Virus record (IMG/VR): IMGVR_UViG_3300007735_000800
Coordinates: 62,278 to 126,277 of that record
Reading direction: 5' to 3' (one strand)
Source: a virus
DNA length: 64,000 nucleotides
Shown: positions 31,284 through 41,539 of the stretch, in pieces
Layout: each line of letters begins with the position of its first letter
Position numbering within the stretch: position 1 is the stretch's first letter
Notes under the pieces: model-generated
The model's database searches: none
What the model was told of the DNA's origin: nothing
What the model saw: the letters and a program-made list of their open reading frames with translations, nothing else
Made by a program: the position numbers and the translations under genes

Positions 31284-33041
31284 ATGGCTGGCAAAACTTA
31301 TATACCAACATTTTATTTTTATAATTTTGCTGACTTAGTTGCTTCACCATATACTAAGTTTGCCGCATATGCTAGTGGACTTATAGATGAAAAAGGCAAC
31401 TTGACCGGAAATGAATCATCTATAGATCCATTAGAATATTTTGTAATTAAACTAAAGAAGATATTTGAACAATTGCCACCGGGCGTTACAAAATATAAAC
31501 TTGGAAATATTATGGGAATAATGCAATTATTCTCAGAAGAAGTTTCATATTTTGGTGTCACAAAAGATCAATTCAATTGTTTGGTGGAAGCTCACATAAC
31601 AAATATTACGGATGGTAAAGTGAGCTATTTGGAGTTATTGGAAGATATGAGTACTGGAGGAATGGCTGGTGGGCTTGGGAAGCCTGCAGATGCGCCTGAA
31701 GCAAATAAGGGAAACGTATCAGGATATGATCCTGTCATGGGTTCTCTCCAGAGCAGATCGGGACCAGTTAACATGATCGGTGCGGTAGAAATGTTTGGAG
31801 TTCCTTCTTCCGAATTCCAAATGATGAAGAAAACAAATGCATATCCAAAAAATGCAACAGGAAATTATTTGAGAAGATTTGGATTGAGAAATGCCGATAA
31901 AAAGATGGCAATAAGGGATGAAGAAACTGGAGAGATTCACTGGCTCCCGGCTCCAAACAAAAAAACGTTTGTGGAGAAATTTAATTTGAATGATTTAAAT
32001 ATATTAAAAGAGTCTTTTATAGAACCTGAAACAACTCCATCTGGGAATTCAGCTAAATCTGAAGTGTGGGCTTTAAAAGCTGTATCAAATTTTTTAAGTA
32101 AAAATTTTGAACATGTTCCATGGGAAGGCGAATTGGGTCCAGGAGAATTTGCTGTATCTACTGGTGGTAGAGGCAAACTCGATATGAAATTAAAAGATCG
32201 AGATGGTGTGGAAATACCAATAGAAGTAAAAAGTATAAAAGCCAACCCAAGTTATACTGCTTTTAATATGGATTTATCTACGAAAAATAATCCAAAAGGT
32301 GTAGCCACATATGCATCGACTGCTCACGGATTAACTGACATATATGATCCAGAATATGAAGAGCAAATTGATGACTTACTTAGAGGAAGTCCAATAGAAA
32401 ATATTTCCAAACAATTAGAAGCAAGAGGAGAAAAATTTACAGCACATGGAATCCCGAGCATAGGGTATAGATCTCTTCAACAAAGAGGAGTACCAATACT
32501 CGGTAGCCCTCAAAGAGCAAGAGAAAGGGTTTTAGGCTGGAGAAAGGGACTGTTGGACATTGTTGGTAATGAAAAAAGAGGTGTTGTTCTTGCTGTGAAT
32601 CCTGAGATGCGCCATATGCATGTTTTAAATATGGAAACTGGCCAGAATGGTTCTGCAGTTAACAGATTATTAAGAGATATGGGTGGTCTTGTTCCAACCG
32701 GAACAGCATCAACACCAAATGTTGAGAGTGGAATGTATTTGCCATATGTAAAAATGGCAAAAGGATCCAACCCAGAGGAAAGAAAACTAAGAAAAACCTT
32801 GAGAGATCAGGGAGCTAGCCCAGAAGAAATTGCAAGAACTTTGGCAAGTGCTAAAAAGGCTGGAGATATACCACAAGCAAGAAGAATGTTACGTGTAGAT
32901 TATAGATTCTCTCCAGATGGATCTACTGATGATCCATGGGTAAGAAATGGTCAAATCGCATTTGGAGATTTGAATCTGGGAAATAGAGAAAATTTTAGAG
33001 ATTGGGAAAAAGAATTAGAAAGATTATCCAGAGCAGAATAA
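31284..33041 (+). CDS. late protein with possible PD-(D/E)XK domain
   Basis: AYASGLIDEKGN N-domain; SE...LDMKL...IEVKS motif. Confidence 0.55.
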   Translation: MAGKTYIPTFYFYNFADLVASPYTKFAAYASGLIDEKGNLTGNESSIDPLEYFVIKLKKIFEQLPPGVTKYKLGNIMGIMQLFSEEVSYFGVTKDQFNCLVEAHITNITDGKVSYLELLEDMSTGGMAGGLGKPADAPEANKGNVSGYDPVMGSLQSRSGPVNMIGAVEMFGVPSSEFQMMKKTNAYPKNATGNYLRRFGLRNADKKMAIRDEETGEIHWLPAPNKKTFVEKFNLNDLNILKESFIEPETTPSGNSAKSEVWALKAVSNFLSKNFEHVPWEGELGPGEFAVSTGGRGKLDMKLKDRDGVEIPIEVKSIKANPSYTAFNMDLSTKNNPKGVATYASTAHGLTDIYDPEYEEQIDDLLRGSPIENISKQLEARGEKFTAHGIPSIGYRSLQQRGVPILGSPQRARERVLGWRKGLLDIVGNEKRGVVLAVNPEMRHMHVLNMETGQNGSAVNRLLRDMGGLVPTGTASTPNVESGMYLPYVKMAKGSNPEERKLRKTLRDQGASPEEIARTLASAKKAGDIPQARRMLRVDYRFSPDGSTDDPWVRNGQIAFGDLNLGNRENFRDWEKELERLSRAE

Positions 33042-33067
33042 AAAAATTCCCCTTTCGGGGAATTTTT
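33042..33067. terminator. bidirectional intrinsic terminator
   Basis: AAAAATTCCCC-TTTC-GGGGAATTTTT between convergent genes. Confidence 0.9.
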
Positions 33068-33284
33068 AATCTTGTATAAATCCTTTGTTACATTTATTTT
33101 CTGCGCACTGATTTCTTTCTCTCGCTTCTTTAATCACTTTATCGTCAGCATCCTTCCATCCAGTGGCATATTCCTGCCAATAAGGATCTGAACTTCCACC
33201 AACTGCCTGCACTGGAAGTTGACCTCCCGCCATCCTGGATCTGTAACCTTTATCATAACCTTCACCAGGAGTATATTTTGTCAT
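33066..33284 (-). CDS. hypothetical protein
   Basis: Intact ORF, coupled to the upstream gene. Confidence 0.55.
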   Translation of the reverse strand: MTKYTPGEGYDKGYRSRMAGGQLPVQAVGGSSDPYWQEYATGWKDADDKVIKEARERNQCAENKCNKGFIQD

Positions 33285-33697
33285 TTTGATTCCTTCGGAA
33301 TAATTTGAATTTGATTTAACAGTTTATCCAATGCCTTTACATGGGCATGTTGCTCTGTAATAGCAAGATATCCTCTAATTTCTATTAGTTTTAAATAATC
33401 ATCTTGATTAAAAATTGTTGTTTTCTGAGACTTGGAAGTTTTCTTGTTTGGTTGTTTTGATTTGGAATTTAATTCCTTACCCCATTGATTCAACATATCA
33501 TTCATGTTGAGATAGTCTTTCATTCCATCAACCATATCATCAGAATTGTTAATGTTATTCCACAAGTTTTTAAATTTGTCACTCATTGGTCCATAATAAA
33601 AGAAACCACCTTTGGGATTCCAGTTATTTGGATTGTTCATCTCATTGTCATCGCCATTTTGCCAGTTATTGAAATCATTATAATCTGAGTTATTCAT
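33281..33697 (-). CDS. Asn/Asp-rich hypothetical protein
   Basis: Intact ORF. Confidence 0.55.
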   Translation of the reverse strand: MNNSDYNDFNNWQNGDDNEMNNPNNWNPKGGFFYYGPMSDKFKNLWNNINNSDDMVDGMKDYLNMNDMLNQWGKELNSKSKQPNKKTSKSQKTTIFNQDDYLKLIEIRGYLAITEQHAHVKALDKLLNQIQIIPKESK

Positions 33698-33705
33698 TTA
33701 AATCC

Positions 33706-34005
33706 TTAGTTTGTATCAAAAATTTGCTCGTATACTACTTTGCTACGGTTATCAGTAACAGAGATATAACGAACATGACGCTCAAGGGCATCTGTAATAT
33801 TTAGGGGATCATTTGGACCAAAAGTAATATTTTTGATCCATGCTGGGCATCCACCCAATGAAATTCTTACCTCATTTCCGGAGGCATCAGTCCCGTAGAA
33901 ATCAAAAGTGGACTTCTCACCATCGTAATAGGTAAAGAAGCAATCAATAGAATCATACTTTTTGCGAACATCCGCAAGACTCATTTGCGTATCAGTTTTA
34001 GCCAT
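33706..34005 (-). CDS. hypothetical protein
   Basis: Start at MAKTDTQ overlapping the stop of the 33998-34171 ORF. Confidence 0.55.
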   Translation of the reverse strand: MAKTDTQMSLADVRKKYDSIDCFFTYYDGEKSTFDFYGTDASGNEVRISLGGCPAWIKNITFGPNDPLNITDALERHVRYISVTDNRSKVVYEQIFDTN

Positions 34006-34171
34006 TTGGCAATCTTTCCTGCTTGACAGACTTGGGAAGCTGGCCAATCGCGTCAAGCTTGCGAAGTGTACCAACCTTTGCCTCCATGAGGCTCTTTGCG
34101 CGGTTACGGGCAATCCGCTCCTTGCGCTTCTTGTGACGACGAGATGTAATACGTTGCTTAGAATTAGGCAT
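33998..34171 (-). CDS. 57-aa highly basic protein (not in ORF track)
   Basis: MPNSKQRITSRRHKKRKERIARNRAKSLMEAKVGTLRKLDAIGQLPKSVKQERLPNG*; ATG 6 nt after TAAAAT of a TTGACA promoter. Confidence 0.65.
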   Translation of the reverse strand: MPNSKQRITSRRHKKRKERIARNRAKSLMEAKVGTLRKLDAIGQLPKSVKQERLPNG

Positions 34172-34175
34172 GCTA

Positions 34176-34319
34176 TTATTTTACCTTCTTTTTTGTTTTT
34201 GTCAACTTTTTCTTCTTTCTTTTGGGAGTGTTAAAAATTTTATCCCAATTTTTTGAATAAATTTTCATGTTTACTGAACGGTAATTGTCGCCTTTTCCGG
34301 CTCCATATGATTCTTCCAT
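34176..34319 (-). CDS. small basic protein (not in ORF track)
   Basis: MEESYGAGKGDNYRSVNMKIYSKNWDKIF... followed by a Lys-rich tail. Confidence 0.45.
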   Translation of the reverse strand: MEESYGAGKGDNYRSVNMKIYSKNWDKIFNTPKRKKKKLTKTKKKVK

Positions 34320-34367
34320 ATTTTAAATATAACATAGAGCAACCCGAAGGCAAATATAAATAATTTT

Positions 34368-35114
34368 ATGGCAAATAAAATAAACAAATATTCCTGGATT
34401 CATGACTTAAATCGAGCTGCTATTGAAGCACAGATGTTATCTGAAGCCACAACATACTCCAATATGGTTGAATTAAATGAGGCAAAAAGAAATATACGCA
34501 TGGGTCAAATAGAAAGACCTATGATTGACATTAGCCCAGAAGAAAATGCAATTCAAGGATTGGGAAGAATAATGAAAGATATTACTGGCATGTCCCGACC
34601 CAGAATGAAAAGATTTTCAGGTGATATAGTTAACATAGGATCAAGAATTCCTGGTAATCCAAATTTTATTGCGCCTCCAAGTGAAAATGAATTATTGGCA
34701 AATATGGGTGAGGAAGAAAGATTACTAAGAGCAAGATTAGCAAAGGTCAAAGGATCAGTAGATTCAAAACCAAGAGATTTTGATGGTGATGGTGATGCAG
34801 ATGCATTTGACGTTGAAATTGATGCAAAAGATGGAATCATGGGAAATTTTGGAAATGAAACAGTACGAAGACTTCCGAGTTTTGAATTTGCTAGAAAAGA
34901 AGGAGTTCCAGAACCAAGACAGCACCCCGCACCCCAATTCTCAAGCAAGGAAGAGGCAGAGGCGTTTGTAAGACAATTGAACCAACAATCTCGTGGTGAA
35001 AATTCACTAATGGCTGATTTGGACATTGAATTGGATAAGATGAAGGCAAGAGCTGGGCGCAAGGGAACCATGAGTGAAATGGAAGCAATCGCAAGAATTC
35101 TTGGAGGTCGCTGA
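34368..35114 (+). CDS. late protein with an EF-hand-like DFDGDGDADAFD motif
   Basis: TATAAATA 5 nt before ATG; LSE/LNE motifs. Confidence 0.6.
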   Translation: MANKINKYSWIHDLNRAAIEAQMLSEATTYSNMVELNEAKRNIRMGQIERPMIDISPEENAIQGLGRIMKDITGMSRPRMKRFSGDIVNIGSRIPGNPNFIAPPSENELLANMGEEERLLRARLAKVKGSVDSKPRDFDGDGDADAFDVEIDAKDGIMGNFGNETVRRLPSFEFARKEGVPEPRQHPAPQFSSKEEAEAFVRQLNQQSRGENSLMADLDIELDKMKARAGRKGTMSEMEAIARILGGR

Positions 35115-37561
35115 TGAAAAAGTTAGAAGATTTTTTGGTAACAGGTCTGTTGAACGAGCAAGACAGCAAACAGGAAAAATTAGATCAAATAAAGAAAAGA
35201 AGAGCAGACGCACTCAAAGCATGGGATGAAGGTAAAATATCCCCCGATGATTATCGTAGAATAGCTTGGGAGTTAGGTAAAGAAGAGGATATTATAAACG
35301 GAAGATCTAGTGCTCCATCACAGCAACAACCAACATCACAGCCAACATCACAGCGAACATCACAGCCACAGTCAACAGCTCAACCACAACAGTCAATAGA
35401 TCTTGCTTCAATCCCAGATGATCAATGGGATTGGAGAGAACATACTCCAGAAGAAAATAGACAAAGAGGAAGAGCAAAGGTAATAGCAGCACAAGCTAGA
35501 GATAAAAATCTTAGTGACGCACGCGACCCTAGAAGATCACCGAAGTATTACAGTACAAAGACCGGAATCTCTGGAACTCCTACTCAACATGCAGAAGCAT
35601 CTAGAAGAAGAACAAATGAAAGATTAGCACAAGGTGAAGAATTGGATGCAAATGATTTATTTGCTCTTCAATATATTGATAAACTTACACCAGAAGAAAT
35701 TGAACAAAGACATGGATCTGTTTCTGGAAAAGCACCAAAATCTCAAAGTTATGAATTGCCAAAGGCTACCAGCATACTCCCAGATTCAGATCTTGCACCA
35801 TCAACAGATAGAATAAGCTCAGCGTATTGGCCTACTTATGAAGATTTTTATAAGGCGACAGGCCAAAAATATGATGTTTTTAATCCATCACATAAACAAA
35901 TTTTCTTTGATTTAGTTTCAAGAGGTGAATCGACAGTCGCACCAACCGCTGGAGTTGGTCAAGGGCCCGCATATGATTCTCTTGAATATCATACAATGAG
36001 AAGAAGACCAGCACAGATTCCTCAATTTGGACAACCTGAAGCCTGGTATGACACAGAAACAGGGACAACAGCACGCACAACAGAACAATCCAGAAGAAGA
36101 GCACAAGAAACTGAAGACATAGCAAATTTAGAATATGGATTGAAAAAACAAGATGCTGCTATAAGAGACATGGCATCGTGGACAGCCAACAGAGAAGCCA
36201 AACAAGATGCATTGAATCGTCTTCTGGGCCAAAATGCAAGTTATTGGAAGCAAGTTTCGGATCTTGGAAAGAAAAACGATCAGCAGAGACAGAACTATGC
36301 AAATGAAATTCAAAGAGATTTGGAAGGTTCTGCCGGAAGAACAATAGATGACAGTCAGATACCACCATCTAAACCCGGGCAGGGAAGACACATGGGTGAT
36401 ACTGACCAACAAAGAGGTCAGTTCAATATTGCAGACATGGATCTCGGGCCTGAACGACGTGGATCTTGGGACCCAATTGGGTCAGCAGTATCACAGGGAA
36501 TTGTAAAGGCTGGTGAGACTGGACAAAAAGTTGGACAAAAGATATTGGACATGATGAAAGTCCAATTGATGCAACCAACAATTCCACCAGAGATGGGAAT
36601 GCATCCAGCCGATTCTGATTTCCAAAGAGGCCAATTTCCGATTTATGGAGAGGGAGAGGACGTAACTACAGAACCGCAAATGGTTCAGTCTATGAAAGTT
36701 GGTCCAGAACTACCAACCAAGTATGTAGTTCCTGAATCCGAAGAATGGGAAAAATTATCAGAAACTGAAAAAGTTAATATGGCAGTTGCGGCAATGCAAC
36801 GAGGAGAAGCTCACAAATTCTTTGGTGGAAGAGAAAAGAAGACTGGCGGGTTCATGGGAATTGGTGGAGAAAAGACAGGAAGATTTTCTGAGGACAATTC
36901 CGGTCAAACTCCAGAAGAAATAGCAAGATTGAATCGTGTAGCGAAGATGTTGAATTCTTTGTTGGACAAATACGATGCTGGTGTTAAAGGAGATCAGGCT
37001 GAAACTGCTCGTGGTGATGTAGTTGGTGCTGCTGTTTCGGATCTATCTGGCCAAGGCCAAAGCAGACCTCCTCGTAAGGGTTTTAGATATTATTCGCAGG
37101 CTCCCGGTGATGCTGCCAAAATAATCTATAGGTTGACAAAAGGAAGAAAATTTTCCACTAAAGACATGGCACCAGAAGAAGAGGTCAACATAATTCCATC
37201 TGATAGGGAAGATGCCTTCGAAAAAGCATATGAAGAATGGTTGGCTACACATGGTGAAAGACTACAAGTTCCAATGAGAGTCGTTAATCCCAATGAAGAA
37301 GGTGGATATAATTCAGAATTGTTTAGCGGAACATCTGGACCTGCTTCAGAGGAACAATATCAATCTTCTCTGAAGAGAAGTCGAGCATACAACCAGGCAA
37401 TGGATAGGGCCACAAAGGCTTTCGTTTCCGCAACAGGAAAAAGATCTCCACAATCTAACAGTGACATAATTCTATTCAATCAAATATTGATGAAGGAACT
37501 CATGAAAGCAGGATTTGATTATGATGATGCGAGATTCTTAATACCAATGGAAGCAAGATAA
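35114..37561 (+). CDS. large low-complexity late protein (probable internal/ejected protein)
   Basis: MKKLEDFLVTGLLNE leader; Q/R/E-rich. Confidence 0.55.
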   Translation: MKKLEDFLVTGLLNEQDSKQEKLDQIKKRRADALKAWDEGKISPDDYRRIAWELGKEEDIINGRSSAPSQQQPTSQPTSQRTSQPQSTAQPQQSIDLASIPDDQWDWREHTPEENRQRGRAKVIAAQARDKNLSDARDPRRSPKYYSTKTGISGTPTQHAEASRRRTNERLAQGEELDANDLFALQYIDKLTPEEIEQRHGSVSGKAPKSQSYELPKATSILPDSDLAPSTDRISSAYWPTYEDFYKATGQKYDVFNPSHKQIFFDLVSRGESTVAPTAGVGQGPAYDSLEYHTMRRRPAQIPQFGQPEAWYDTETGTTARTTEQSRRRAQETEDIANLEYGLKKQDAAIRDMASWTANREAKQDALNRLLGQNASYWKQVSDLGKKNDQQRQNYANEIQRDLEGSAGRTIDDSQIPPSKPGQGRHMGDTDQQRGQFNIADMDLGPERRGSWDPIGSAVSQGIVKAGETGQKVGQKILDMMKVQLMQPTIPPEMGMHPADSDFQRGQFPIYGEGEDVTTEPQMVQSMKVGPELPTKYVVPESEEWEKLSETEKVNMAVAAMQRGEAHKFFGGREKKTGGFMGIGGEKTGRFSEDNSGQTPEEIARLNRVAKMLNSLLDKYDAGVKGDQAETARGDVVGAAVSDLSGQGQSRPPRKGFRYYSQAPGDAAKIIYRLTKGRKFSTKDMAPEEEVNIIPSDREDAFEKAYEEWLATHGERLQVPMRVVNPNEEGGYNSELFSGTSGPASEEQYQSSLKRSRAYNQAMDRATKAFVSATGKRSPQSNSDIILFNQILMKELMKAGFDYDDARFLIPMEAR

Positions 37562-37565
37562 AAAG

Positions 37566-37772
37566 TTAAAGATTGGGATAACCAATTTCTCTGGTCCAAT
37601 CCCATTCTTCCCATAAAATCTTAGCAAGCTCATCGTCGGGATCAAACCGACGATGTTCTAATTCTGCCAATCCAGAGGCAGAAATGGGAGCTTCAAGCTC
37701 CCATGAATACCAACGCCATTCCTTTTCCCCTAGAAGTTTGTTCGTTATCAAGCAACGAACTTCTTTTTGCAT
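37566..37772 (-). CDS. hypothetical protein
   Basis: Intact ORF. Confidence 0.5.
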   Translation of the reverse strand: MQKEVRCLITNKLLGEKEWRWYSWELEAPISASGLAELEHRRFDPDDELAKILWEEWDWTREIGYPNL

Positions 37773-37773
37773 C

Positions 37774-38022
37774 TTAGTTCATCATTAATCCGGTAACACC
37801 AGATGTCATCGATAAAATTGAGTAAAATTGATTTGAAAAATAATTTGGACCTGCAGCAAGATTGAAGTTAAATGCTATGGTACCACCTTGATCATTTAAA
37901 ACATAGGCAGTAAATCCTGTTGTTGTGGCTGTTGCGCCACCCAACATTAAAAATCCCTTGTGTTTAGGTAATTTTGTTGAGCCTGTTACAAAAGTGTTTC
38001 CTGTTAGATATTTGTCATACAT
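37774..38022 (-). CDS. hypothetical late protein
   Basis: TATAAATA on the minus strand 8 nt upstream. Confidence 0.5.
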   Translation of the reverse strand: MYDKYLTGNTFVTGSTKLPKHKGFLMLGGATATTTGFTAYVLNDQGGTIAFNFNLAAGPNYFSNQFYSILSMTSGVTGLMMN

Positions 38023-38073
38023 GTTATTAATATTTATAAATACTTTTGTACCTGTATTAAATAATAAATAAAA

Positions 38074-38265
38074 ATGAAGAACATTCGTGAAGGAAACCTC
38101 TACAATATAGAAATGGATATCTCAAAAGTTAAAAATCCATCACAAGTCGGGTTGGAGAGTTGGAAACAAAAAGTTAGAAAACAAATATTGCAGAGTTTAA
38201 TTAGACAAAAAACACCAAACATTGAAAACATAATAAAATCAATATTTGGAGAAACGCTAGAGTAA
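38074..38265 (+). CDS. hypothetical protein
   Basis: TAAATA upstream. Confidence 0.5.
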   Translation: MKNIREGNLYNIEMDISKVKNPSQVGLESWKQKVRKQILQSLIRQKTPNIENIIKSIFGETLE

Positions 38266-38267
38266 TT

Positions 38268-39053
38268 ATGGCAAATAAATCAAACTTTCAACTATTGGCA
38301 GAAAACCTTTCGGATGAAATCAAAAATTTAAAAAGAGAAATATCTTTTAAAAAGTTTTTGTTAGAAATTTCAGGTAATCCAAATGTAGATGGTATGGTGG
38401 ATGAATATGCTACTACGCAAGCAGATGCACTAGCTAACACCGGAAAAATAGCAGGTTTGGGTGTAGGAGCCGCAGCAAATGCTTCTGCAATAGTTGCAAA
38501 TCCAAGAGTTGTAGTTCAAAGTTTGTCTTTAAAGGGAGCCGAGCCATTTGTTATATCTGAACCAAATATGCAAGGCGGAACACGAACTGGAAAACCCATA
38601 GTTCAAAATATTGGTTTTGGAATGGGACTTGGTTACGATCAACAGACATTTAACAACGCCTTAAATTTCGTTAGGCAATATTCAACAGTTGATTCTGCAA
38701 TGAGTGATGCAGAAACCGATGATCCAGAACAATCAACTTACATAAATTGGAAAACAATGAACTCTGCAGTTCACAATTACCAATCGCAAAGAATCAAAGA
38801 TCAATTGGCCAGAGCAGGCATGTTTAATGGATCTATTACCGACCCTTATTCACAAGGTTTAGCAGATACATATAATCTTAATTTGATGTTACCTGGAAAA
38901 CTGAGAAAAGTAGTAGATGACACTGCAAACTCAATACTGGGAAAACAAACATCAAAAGGCAAACAAGTAAATGGATACGTAAGAAATCTCTCTAGAGGAG
39001 AATTTGATAGATTTGCAAATACATGGAGTCAAAATTCTAGAAAAAATAAATAA
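38268..39053 (+). CDS. late hypothetical protein with coiled-coil leader
   Basis: LAENLSDEIKNLKREISFKKFLLE leader. Confidence 0.55.
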   Translation: MANKSNFQLLAENLSDEIKNLKREISFKKFLLEISGNPNVDGMVDEYATTQADALANTGKIAGLGVGAAANASAIVANPRVVVQSLSLKGAEPFVISEPNMQGGTRTGKPIVQNIGFGMGLGYDQQTFNNALNFVRQYSTVDSAMSDAETDDPEQSTYINWKTMNSAVHNYQSQRIKDQLARAGMFNGSITDPYSQGLADTYNLNLMLPGKLRKVVDDTANSILGKQTSKGKQVNGYVRNLSRGEFDRFANTWSQNSRKNK

Positions 39054-39071
39054 CAATAGGAATCACAAATA

Positions 39072-40112
39072 ATGAATTACCTCACAAACTATTACAAAAA
39101 CTTATCGGAAAAATTACAAACTCAAGTCAATTTACTTGAGAACAGAGCTCAACAATTAAACGAAGCCATCGCAACTACAACCGTGTATGGCAATCGCCCC
39201 AATGTTGGTGATTCACAATACAGCGGAAGCTATATGTATGGTGATTACAACGGAGATGGCGTTGTTGACGGTGCCGATCTTGGCATCGCCTTAGGTGGAT
39301 ATGGGCAACCAGGATATGATTACCAAAACGTTATTCAAAACTGGACAGGAAACATGCAAGCAGCTGGTCCAGCATTCCGTTCCACAAGAATCAACAGAGG
39401 CCAAGGAGTACGAGGCGCTTCCGATATGGGTGTTGGTTCCGCCCCACAATTTGGTGTTGCAGGTTCAGCAGGTGGATATGGTGGTGCAGCCAGAGCATCA
39501 GTTGGTGGAAGACCAACAATGTCTGATGTTGGCTATGGTGGACAAGCCATGGGAGCTGCAGGCCCAGCAGGTGGTTACGGTGGACAAGCAAGAGGATCAG
39601 GTAGAGGTAGTTCTCCAACCTCAGGTGGAGGAATGGGTGGGGCACAAGGATCTCTTCCCGGAGATTACAATGGTGACGGTCGCGTAGACGGTGCAGACAT
39701 CAGTTATGTCTTAAACAACTGGGGTCAATTCGGCCAACAAGATCTCAATAACGTAAACAGCAACTTTGGTGGCCGGTTTGGAACACCGACACAATTCCGT
39801 TCAACTTCATCTAGAAGAGTAAACAGCAGAGATATGGAATCAGCTGGTGGCTACGGTGGACAAGCAGGTGGAGGCTTATACGACCTAAACGGTGATGGCC
39901 GTGTAGATGGTGCTGATCTCGGATTGATGTTAGGAAACTATGATCAATACGGAAACGCTGGAATCAGCAATCTAATTGCTAACTGGTCTGGTGTAGATAC
40001 AGGCGTTGGAGTTCCTTCTTATAGAGCAGCTGGAGGATCGAGACCTCTACCTCGCCCAGAGCCAGGTAAGGGAACAAACGTCAGCCCATTCAGACGCCCA
40101 AGACCGCGCTGA
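39072..40112 (+). CDS. Gly-rich protein with three dockerin/EF-hand-like repeats
   Basis: GDYNGDGVVDGADLG, GDYNGDGRVDGADIS, DLNGDGRVDGADLG. Confidence 0.75.
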   Translation: MNYLTNYYKNLSEKLQTQVNLLENRAQQLNEAIATTTVYGNRPNVGDSQYSGSYMYGDYNGDGVVDGADLGIALGGYGQPGYDYQNVIQNWTGNMQAAGPAFRSTRINRGQGVRGASDMGVGSAPQFGVAGSAGGYGGAARASVGGRPTMSDVGYGGQAMGAAGPAGGYGGQARGSGRGSSPTSGGGMGGAQGSLPGDYNGDGRVDGADISYVLNNWGQFGQQDLNNVNSNFGGRFGTPTQFRSTSSRRVNSRDMESAGGYGGQAGGGLYDLNGDGRVDGADLGLMLGNYDQYGNAGISNLIANWSGVDTGVGVPSYRAAGGSRPLPRPEPGKGTNVSPFRRPRPR

Positions 40113-40186
40113 TAAAAACTTAACTTTAGAAATAACTCGCCAAGAAATTGGCGAGTTATTATTTAATAAATACTTTGGAGAGAATT

Positions 40187-41536
40187 ATGAATCCACGACT
40201 TCTATATCTTAAAAATTTAACTCAAGTTCTTCAAGAAAAAGTTGTTGTTCTTGAAAATCAATTGAACTTATTACATGAAACAAGTATGTTTACAAGCCCA
40301 TCTGGTGAAGTTGTAGATTTTGATACCACTGCAGGAGGACATGTATACAAACCAAACATCATTGCAGACAAATATGCAATGGGTGTTCCAAATCAAGGAA
40401 AACCAAGTTCTCGTGACAGAACATCTACAACATTCAGAGGAACCACTGTAGATTATGATCCAAATGATCCTTCGTGGCCATGGAACCAACCTGGAGCCAA
40501 CGGACTTGAAGGTGATTTTAATCAGGATGGTATAGTAAATGGTTTCGATCTGGGTATAGTATTCGGTAATTGGGATCAAAATGGATCCGATGGAACCTGG
40601 CAAGTTCCAGGAGGCGGAAGACTGTTTGGTGTTGTTTTGGGTCAATGGGGGCAAACTGCCACAAATACCGGTGGTGGTGGAGGGGGCGGTGGAACCGAAA
40701 CTGGTGGTGGAGCTGGAGGTGGTGGGGGAACCGAAACTGGTGGAGGAGCTGGAGGTGGCGGTGGAGCTGGAGGTGGAGGAACTGAAACTGGTGGTGGGGC
40801 TGGTGGAGCTGGTGGTGGTGGGGGAGATTTTGATCCATCAAATCCCTCATGGCCGTGGATTAGTGGAAACGGACTGTTTGGTGATTTCAACCAAGATGGT
40901 AAAGTAGATGGTTTCGATCTTGGAATTTTTAGTGGAGACTGGGCACCATTATTTCCATCAAGTGGAAATTGGTCACAGTCTTATTGGTATGGACAAATAG
41001 CTGGTGCTGTTGGGAATAGTACGGGTAGTGGTGGAGGAGGCGGAGGTGACGGAGGTGGCGGTGGAGCTGGAGGTGGAGGAACTGAGACTGGTGGAGGAGC
41101 TGGAGGTGGTGGAGGTGGAGGAACTGAGACTGGTGGAGGAGCTGGAGGTGGTGGAGGTGGATCTGAACAACCTCACTGGCCATGGGATTCAGCTTATGGT
41201 GGAAATGGAATAGAATGGGATTTCGACCAAGATGGTACAGTAAATGGTTTTGATTTAGGTATTTTATTAGGTCAATGGGGAGAAAGAGGACCCGATGGAA
41301 CCTGGCCAACCAATATTAGTGGTTTACAGTTAGGTACACTTTTAGGAGCATGGCCCGCAGCACAAACTGGTGGTGGGGCTGGTGGCGGTGATGGAGTCGG
41401 TGGTGGACCAGACTTTGGAGAAAGAACATATGGATCGCCATCTGTAAATCAAGGAAATGTTTCTTATTATGATAAATTCCTTTTCCCAAGAAAAGAAACA
41501 AAATTTTCTAGAACAAGAAGTAGAAAAGGTAAATAA
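40187..41536 (+). CDS. Gly-rich protein with three dockerin/EF-hand-like repeats and GGGTETGGGAGG linkers
   Basis: GDFNQDGIVNGFDLG, GDFNQDGKVDGFDLG, DFDQDGTVNGFDLG; start after GGAG at MNPRLL. Confidence 0.75.
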   Translation: MNPRLLYLKNLTQVLQEKVVVLENQLNLLHETSMFTSPSGEVVDFDTTAGGHVYKPNIIADKYAMGVPNQGKPSSRDRTSTTFRGTTVDYDPNDPSWPWNQPGANGLEGDFNQDGIVNGFDLGIVFGNWDQNGSDGTWQVPGGGRLFGVVLGQWGQTATNTGGGGGGGGTETGGGAGGGGGTETGGGAGGGGGAGGGGTETGGGAGGAGGGGGDFDPSNPSWPWISGNGLFGDFNQDGKVDGFDLGIFSGDWAPLFPSSGNWSQSYWYGQIAGAVGNSTGSGGGGGGDGGGGGAGGGGTETGGGAGGGGGGGTETGGGAGGGGGGSEQPHWPWDSAYGGNGIEWDFDQDGTVNGFDLGILLGQWGERGPDGTWPTNISGLQLGTLLGAWPAAQTGGGAGGGDGVGGGPDFGERTYGSPSVNQGNVSYYDKFLFPRKETKFSRTRSRKGK

Positions 41537-41539
41537 AAT

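Noticed and set aside
40660-41160. Tandem GGTGGAGGA/ACTGAGACT repeats as a possible CRISPR or VNTR
   Set aside because: In-frame Gly-rich linker codons; no constant repeat with unique spacers. No CRISPR array or cas gene seen in the window
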